Of a DNA stretch of 64,000 nt, positions 58,833-64,000 are shown one piece after another (positions within the stretch are counted from its first letter, which is position 1; each line of letters begins with the position of its first letter). The DNA is from Tubiluchus corallicola (lineage: Eukaryota; Animalia; Priapulida), in NCBI GenBank assembly GCA_030141605.1, contig JAQGDQ010000336.1:124001-188000 (forward strand). The letters are read 5' to 3'. The notes under the pieces are model-generated. The model had not been told where the DNA came from. It worked only from the letters and a program-made list of their open reading frames with translations, and did not search any database. A program made the translations under genes and the position numbers.

Positions 58833-59540
58833 TTTAGTACTAGTAAGTTTAGTACTAGTAAATTTAGTACAGGTAAGTTTGGTAGTGGTAATTTTGGTAC
58901 TAGAAATTTTTAGTATGCGGTAATTTGATACAGAGAAAATATGGTACTAACGAGGAATTTTGGTGCAAGTAAAAATGGTAGTTATGATAGTTAAAAATCT
59001 TGGTACTAGGAAAGTTTAGTGCTGGGAAAGTTTGGTGCTAGGAAGATTCGATGCAGAAAATGTTTGGTGCTAGGAAAGTTTGGTACTACGAAAATATATT
59101 TTATATAACCTACTTGAGCAAGTTAGAGGCTCATAGTGTTGCATCCTTTGTTTGTTTTTTGTTCGCTTCCTTTTATTTGCTTGTCTGTTATTTGTTATTT
59201 GTCATATGTGTTTTTTGCTTGTCATGTTTGTTATTTGTCATTGTTGTTGTTTATCTCTTTCTTGTTCGCTCCTTTGTTGTGATTATTACAACCACTACTA
59301 CCGCCACTACCACCATCGTCATCTTCATCATTGCTGTCATCATGTCACCATTGTTAATTTTGTCGGTTTGTTCCTGTTGTTAATGTTTCTTGTTATTATT
59401 ATATGTCGTCGTCGTTACTGTTGTTGTTGTTGTTGTTGCTGCGGCTGCTGTTGTTGTTGTTGCTGCTGCGGCTGCTGTTGTTGTTTATTTTTGTTGTATG
59501 TCAGTTTCTTGCTTGCTGTTTTTGCTGTCATCATAATCAT

Positions 59541-59572
<32 letters not shown>

Positions 59573-60380
59573 GCAGCATTGTCAATATTACCAACACGCG
59601 TCTCTATCTATTACCATGTTAATAACAGCTGCCAACACCAACATCATGATAACATTACACCATCACCGTCACTACTGCCAGCAGCAGCAGTAGTAGGAGT
59701 ATCGAGAAGAACGGTTCTCACTCCATACTGTGGGCCTCGCGGAAAACCAAACTGCGCTAAGACGTTTTTCCAGTGATATCATCTGCCATCACTGCCTTGT
59801 TCTTATATAAGTTTGATATTTTGTAAAAAAGCGCAGAGAAAATGATCCATTTTTTCCGAAGAAAGAAAAACAAATTGACCGAACTTTTCGAAAATTTGCT
59901 TGGTGAGTTGGAGACCTTTCATTTTTTGTTGAAAGAATTCTCAAATTTACCTACATGGGTGGAATAATCACGGATAAACTTTAAGTGCGACGCATTATTA
60001 GTTACAGTATAATGTTTTATGAACTTTTTAATAAACCAGACTTTTCTAGTACCAAATTCCTCCCTACTGTATAAACTTCTTTATTTTCTAGTTGAAACAA
60101 TTATTTTATGCTGTGATATAGAAATGCTTTCTTTTTCGTTTAGTAACAAATTTTCCAGTACCAAGCTTTCCTAATTCCAAAATTTTCGTGTACTAATATT
60201 TCTTAGTACTAAACAATTTCAGTACCATATTTTCCTCATACCAAACATTTCCCGTACCACATTTTCTTAGTACCAAAAATTCCAAGTACCTAAAGATGAT
60301 AGTACCAAATTTATTTGTACCAAAATTACCGCATGCTAAAAATTTGTAGTACCAAATTTACCTGCGCCAAACTTACTTGT
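58833..60380. mobile_element. Foldback-type element: long inverted arms built of ~15-bp subrepeats around a low-complexity core
   Basis: The left arm (58833-59098) has TTTGGTACTAGRAA units and the right arm (60040-60380) has TAGTACCAAA units. The outer parts align as reverse complements, e.g. TTTTTAGTATGCGGTAATTT versus AAATTACCGCATGCTAAAAA. Confidence 0.7.
59150..59700. repeat. Compound triplet low-complexity region (GTT/GCT/CAT/CAG)
   Basis: Explains the poly-C, poly-L and poly-Q ORFs at 59051-59776. Confidence 0.9.
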
Positions 60381-63300
60381 TCCCACATTGCCACATTCTC
60401 CCTTATTCCCACAATGTGGAAAACTTTCCCACATTCCTTGCACTGAGTTAAACAGAGATCATTTGAAGTTTCTACCGCCACCAGTTACAAACGATGCGAT
60501 TGAGAATGAGGCTTCCAAGCCAGGAAAAGAAATTAAGGAAAGAACGATATGAAATCGCTTGCATGGGAGAGTTGACTTTTGCATAAAACCTGCTGTAGAT
60601 TTCACCAAATTACCATGCAAAAATATATTTCTACAGAAAGCAATGAGTTATAACTGTACGGCCGTTGCCATTATTTTTAGAAAAAGAAAGCTTTCAAAAA
60701 AATGTGGCATACGTAGGAATTATAGCACTATGACGCCACTTTCCAAACAGGTTTGGAACAAGCTAGAAAATTTCGATTCACCCTCTATAAGCTTTCACTC
60801 CGTATAATTTTCGTAAGATATGACACAGGTACGCCGATATAAACCTCTTAACATCAAGTACACCTGATTCAAACCGCCAAGCATTTATAGTAAGAAGCTG
60901 TTTCTGGCATTTAGATTTGATCGTATAGAAGAAAAACTTACATAACATTTACAGATGTACCATACGATTTCTATAGAGCAGCTCAAGAAACGTATTTTGC
61001 TAGCAGACAGAAAGAAGTGCACGTTAAACTTAAACGGCTCAGTAAAAATTAAGCTTCAAGCATCAAGCCCCAAAATAGATAAATTTAACGTCTATGTTGT
61101 TTTTCAGGGTACGATAGTCTGACTAAGAAAACTGTGTCTATCGAATATTTCTTAAAACACTCACTCAAGTGGCAACCAAAATAAGGAATCCCATTAGCAT
61201 TAAAGATATTACAATTCATTAAATTACTGTGCCGTAATTATAGATAACACTATATAACTAGAGTTTTTGCCAATAAATCTGAATGAATTTGCAAAGAAAC
61301 TGTCTATAAAAGAAGAACAAGTACAAAGCATAACTGGCATGTACTTGAGTATCAGAAAGGTTTCACGCGGCGTATATCTCTTTCCTGTATAATCATAGAG
61401 CTTAACTAAACCTGGAAATTATGCACACCTGTCCTGCCTACTATACAGGTGAGTTTAAAAGGCGAAGGCCGCTTACATTGTGAAAATTCGGCAGTTAAAA
61501 CAAAAATGTTAGAAAAACTGGTTTCGGTTGAAGAGTGAAAACTTTTCGCAAGGCAAAAACTTGTTCTGAGCATCAGAAAAACTTGACATATTTAGAAAAT
61601 TGATTATGAGAGAAACAACAATTATGATCTTTCAGAACAGGAGCTTCAAAGCTGATTGCAGACTGTACCACATGGGCAGATTATTGTTAAGTTGAAGACC
61701 TGTGTTCATACTAAGTAGTCACCCATCTGTTTTTATAATATGTATGTTTGATTTTGATTGTTAACTTTTGTGTAATGATTATTTATAATCTTTTTAATTA
61801 TATTCTTATTGAAGGAATTTATTCTGTGTAAATAATTTATGTATTTTTCATAACATGTAGGCTAAATGAAGTTCTTAGCCTAATTACTAAAATATTTGGT
61901 TAATGGTTTAAGTTTATCATTGTAAAATAAATTTTATTTATATATTAAATGAAACGTTTATTAATATTGAAATGATTTTAAGGTAGTATTAACGTGAGAA
62001 TTAGAGAGTCGTATATGTCGTAATAGGCTGTATATCATGTGTGTCATGTGTCATATAACTCTAAAGAATCTAAAGGTATAAAGAATTATAATTCAAAGGG
62101 GAGAAAAAGGAATTTAAATTATATCATTAAGTAAGAACCTTCCATACATACAATTGTGTTACCTAGCAGTACCATTACCTGTCTGAAAACTTTATGTAAC
62201 TGGAAAAGAAAGTATGTTCGCGTCAGCTGGTAAAACATCAGGCATCACCGTCCCAGTGTGCACCATTGGTTCACCCAAAATACACCATTGACCTTATTTG
62301 ACAATCTATAAAGTAATTTACACTTTTGCTTAATTAGCGAAGAGTGTGTTACAAACGCTCTGATTATTTTTTCAAGCTTCACACAATGTTATCTAAACTG
62401 TTTCAAACGATTAGCCGGTTAAAAAACTGCGCTTAACGGTCATGGCGAGACTTTGTTGCCAACGCAATCTCTGTATGCAATAAAATAGCTCATATATAAG
62501 TGAATTTCAAGGCGAATTATTTAAGCTTTACATTATCATTATTTATGAAGAGCGTTTTTGTCTTTTAAGAGCAAAATAAACAGCACAAAACTTTACTTCT
62601 ATAGCGGCTAAGTTCGCTGTATGTACACCTCAAATCGTAAACAAGAGCGTTATCGTATCGGTGCTAGTAGCATGATTGCCCTGAGAGTTTAACCATTACG
62701 TTGTACTTGATGACGCTGTAATGCTAAATTTTTTGGGCATATTTGCTACCGAATTATGAAATCATTCGTAAAGCACGAACGTGGCTTTACTTGGAGTGAA
62801 ACGAAGTTTTCATAATACAGTGCCTTTTATTTTAGCGAGCACCCCCCCCCCGTTGGTCCAAGATTTAAAATAAGAACTGCAATTTATGAGTAATTTATAA
62901 GATGGCCTATATCATTCGTGTTATTGAACCACAAAGTTTAATTGTTGAAAAATTAAGACAGGAACGCTAAAAACTAATTAATACTGTTCTTTCTTGTATT
63001 TTGCATGAATTTTACTTTGCAACTTACTATTGTTGGTTGAAATTGTGTGCTATAGATTTTAGCTAGTTGTTCTGGTCCTCTAGACTAGTGCTTCTAAAAA
63101 TACATTAAAAAGAGACTAGACCACTAGGCAGATATTTGGTTTTCAAGTGAAGCTATAGTTTTCTTCCACATACATTGGGCAGCTTACAGCGCTTATTTCT
63201 AGTTTCAGATATAGTTTCTCTTTTTCATATCTATTTCACATTATAATTCCATTTTCATTGTAAGTGTCTGTTGTCACCATTCTACTGCTTGGAATTTCAC

Positions 63301-64000
63301 AGGTGTCTTCCCCCATTTAAGGCACTGCATGAGCTGCAGGATTTCATAATTGTCTGTTTCCTCTGTATCCATTTTATGAGCTGTCATTTTACGACTCATT
63401 CTATAGCAAGCCAAATATCCAATAATTAAAAATATTTATTCTTTTTGGGCAAAACTCAACAGTTTCTCTATAGAAAACCCTAGGTTTTGCTACCAAACAA
63501 AATACTACCAAAATTTTAAACAAGCAAAGAAAATGTTTGAAAAATTGTACAAAGCAACTAAGAATTTTAGTATGTAATTCTTTGAGTCAAATTACACGAA
63601 AGCCTTAGAAGAACTATTGCACTTTCTGATGAACTTGAGTTGATAACCGAAGGATTTCTTACGAAGGTGAACTTGCACTTCATTTTTTGACGTTAGTGTC
63701 TACGTCATGGCAATGGGATTCCAGTCATAAAATAATTAAAATGAAAAGCTAAGACCCTCTTTTGATTCGTGTAAGAACTTGTTGGGATTAGAAAAAAATT
63801 TGGAAAGAAAAATTAGAAATCAAAGTTTTCAAACAACCTATATATATTTCATAATATAACAACTCATTTCATTTGAATATAATGTAATAATATAGATTAA
63901 TTAATGAATGTTGAAGGACAATGAATGTTTTATTATTTATCAATTAACGAACAATCCGTATTTTTGAATTAACAGTAGGGAATGATGTACCATTCAATTA

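Noticed and set aside
54929-59776. ORFs rich in poly-RE, SL, HSFI, C, L and Q
   Set aside because: Translations of microsatellites and low-complexity DNA.
63270-63400. Faint EGF-like traces on the minus strand (CSS..LNGG..TCE across frames)
   Set aside because: Requires several frameshifts over very few residues and is indistinguishable from chance.

Overview
AT-rich, repeat-rich genomic DNA from a metazoan, probably a bilaterian invertebrate; it has spliceosomal GT-AG introns and no prokaryotic features. The main gene is an 18-exon plus-strand cadherin (CDS 22186-51657, about 748 aa by my manual splice reconstruction). It encodes a signal peptide, 5 cadherin repeats, a transmembrane helix and a cytoplasmic tail ending LTIYF, and resembles the PCDH15/Cad99C/CDHR5 group. 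Its introns hold several nested elements: (i) an intact, intronless antisense gene for a secreted 15xEGF-CCP-trypsin protease (35124-38054); (ii) a full-length but decayed BEL/Pao LTR retrotransposon (39355-48491, ATAAA target-site duplication) whose two LTRs both carry the same hAT MITE; and (iii) Kolobok-like, Tc1/mariner, LINE, Helentron-like and P-like relics. The flanks are largely non-coding, with MITEs, microsatellites, a foldback element and a probable signal-peptide first exon of a minus-strand gene that leaves the window on the left. All family assignments come from motif recognition; no database search was run.
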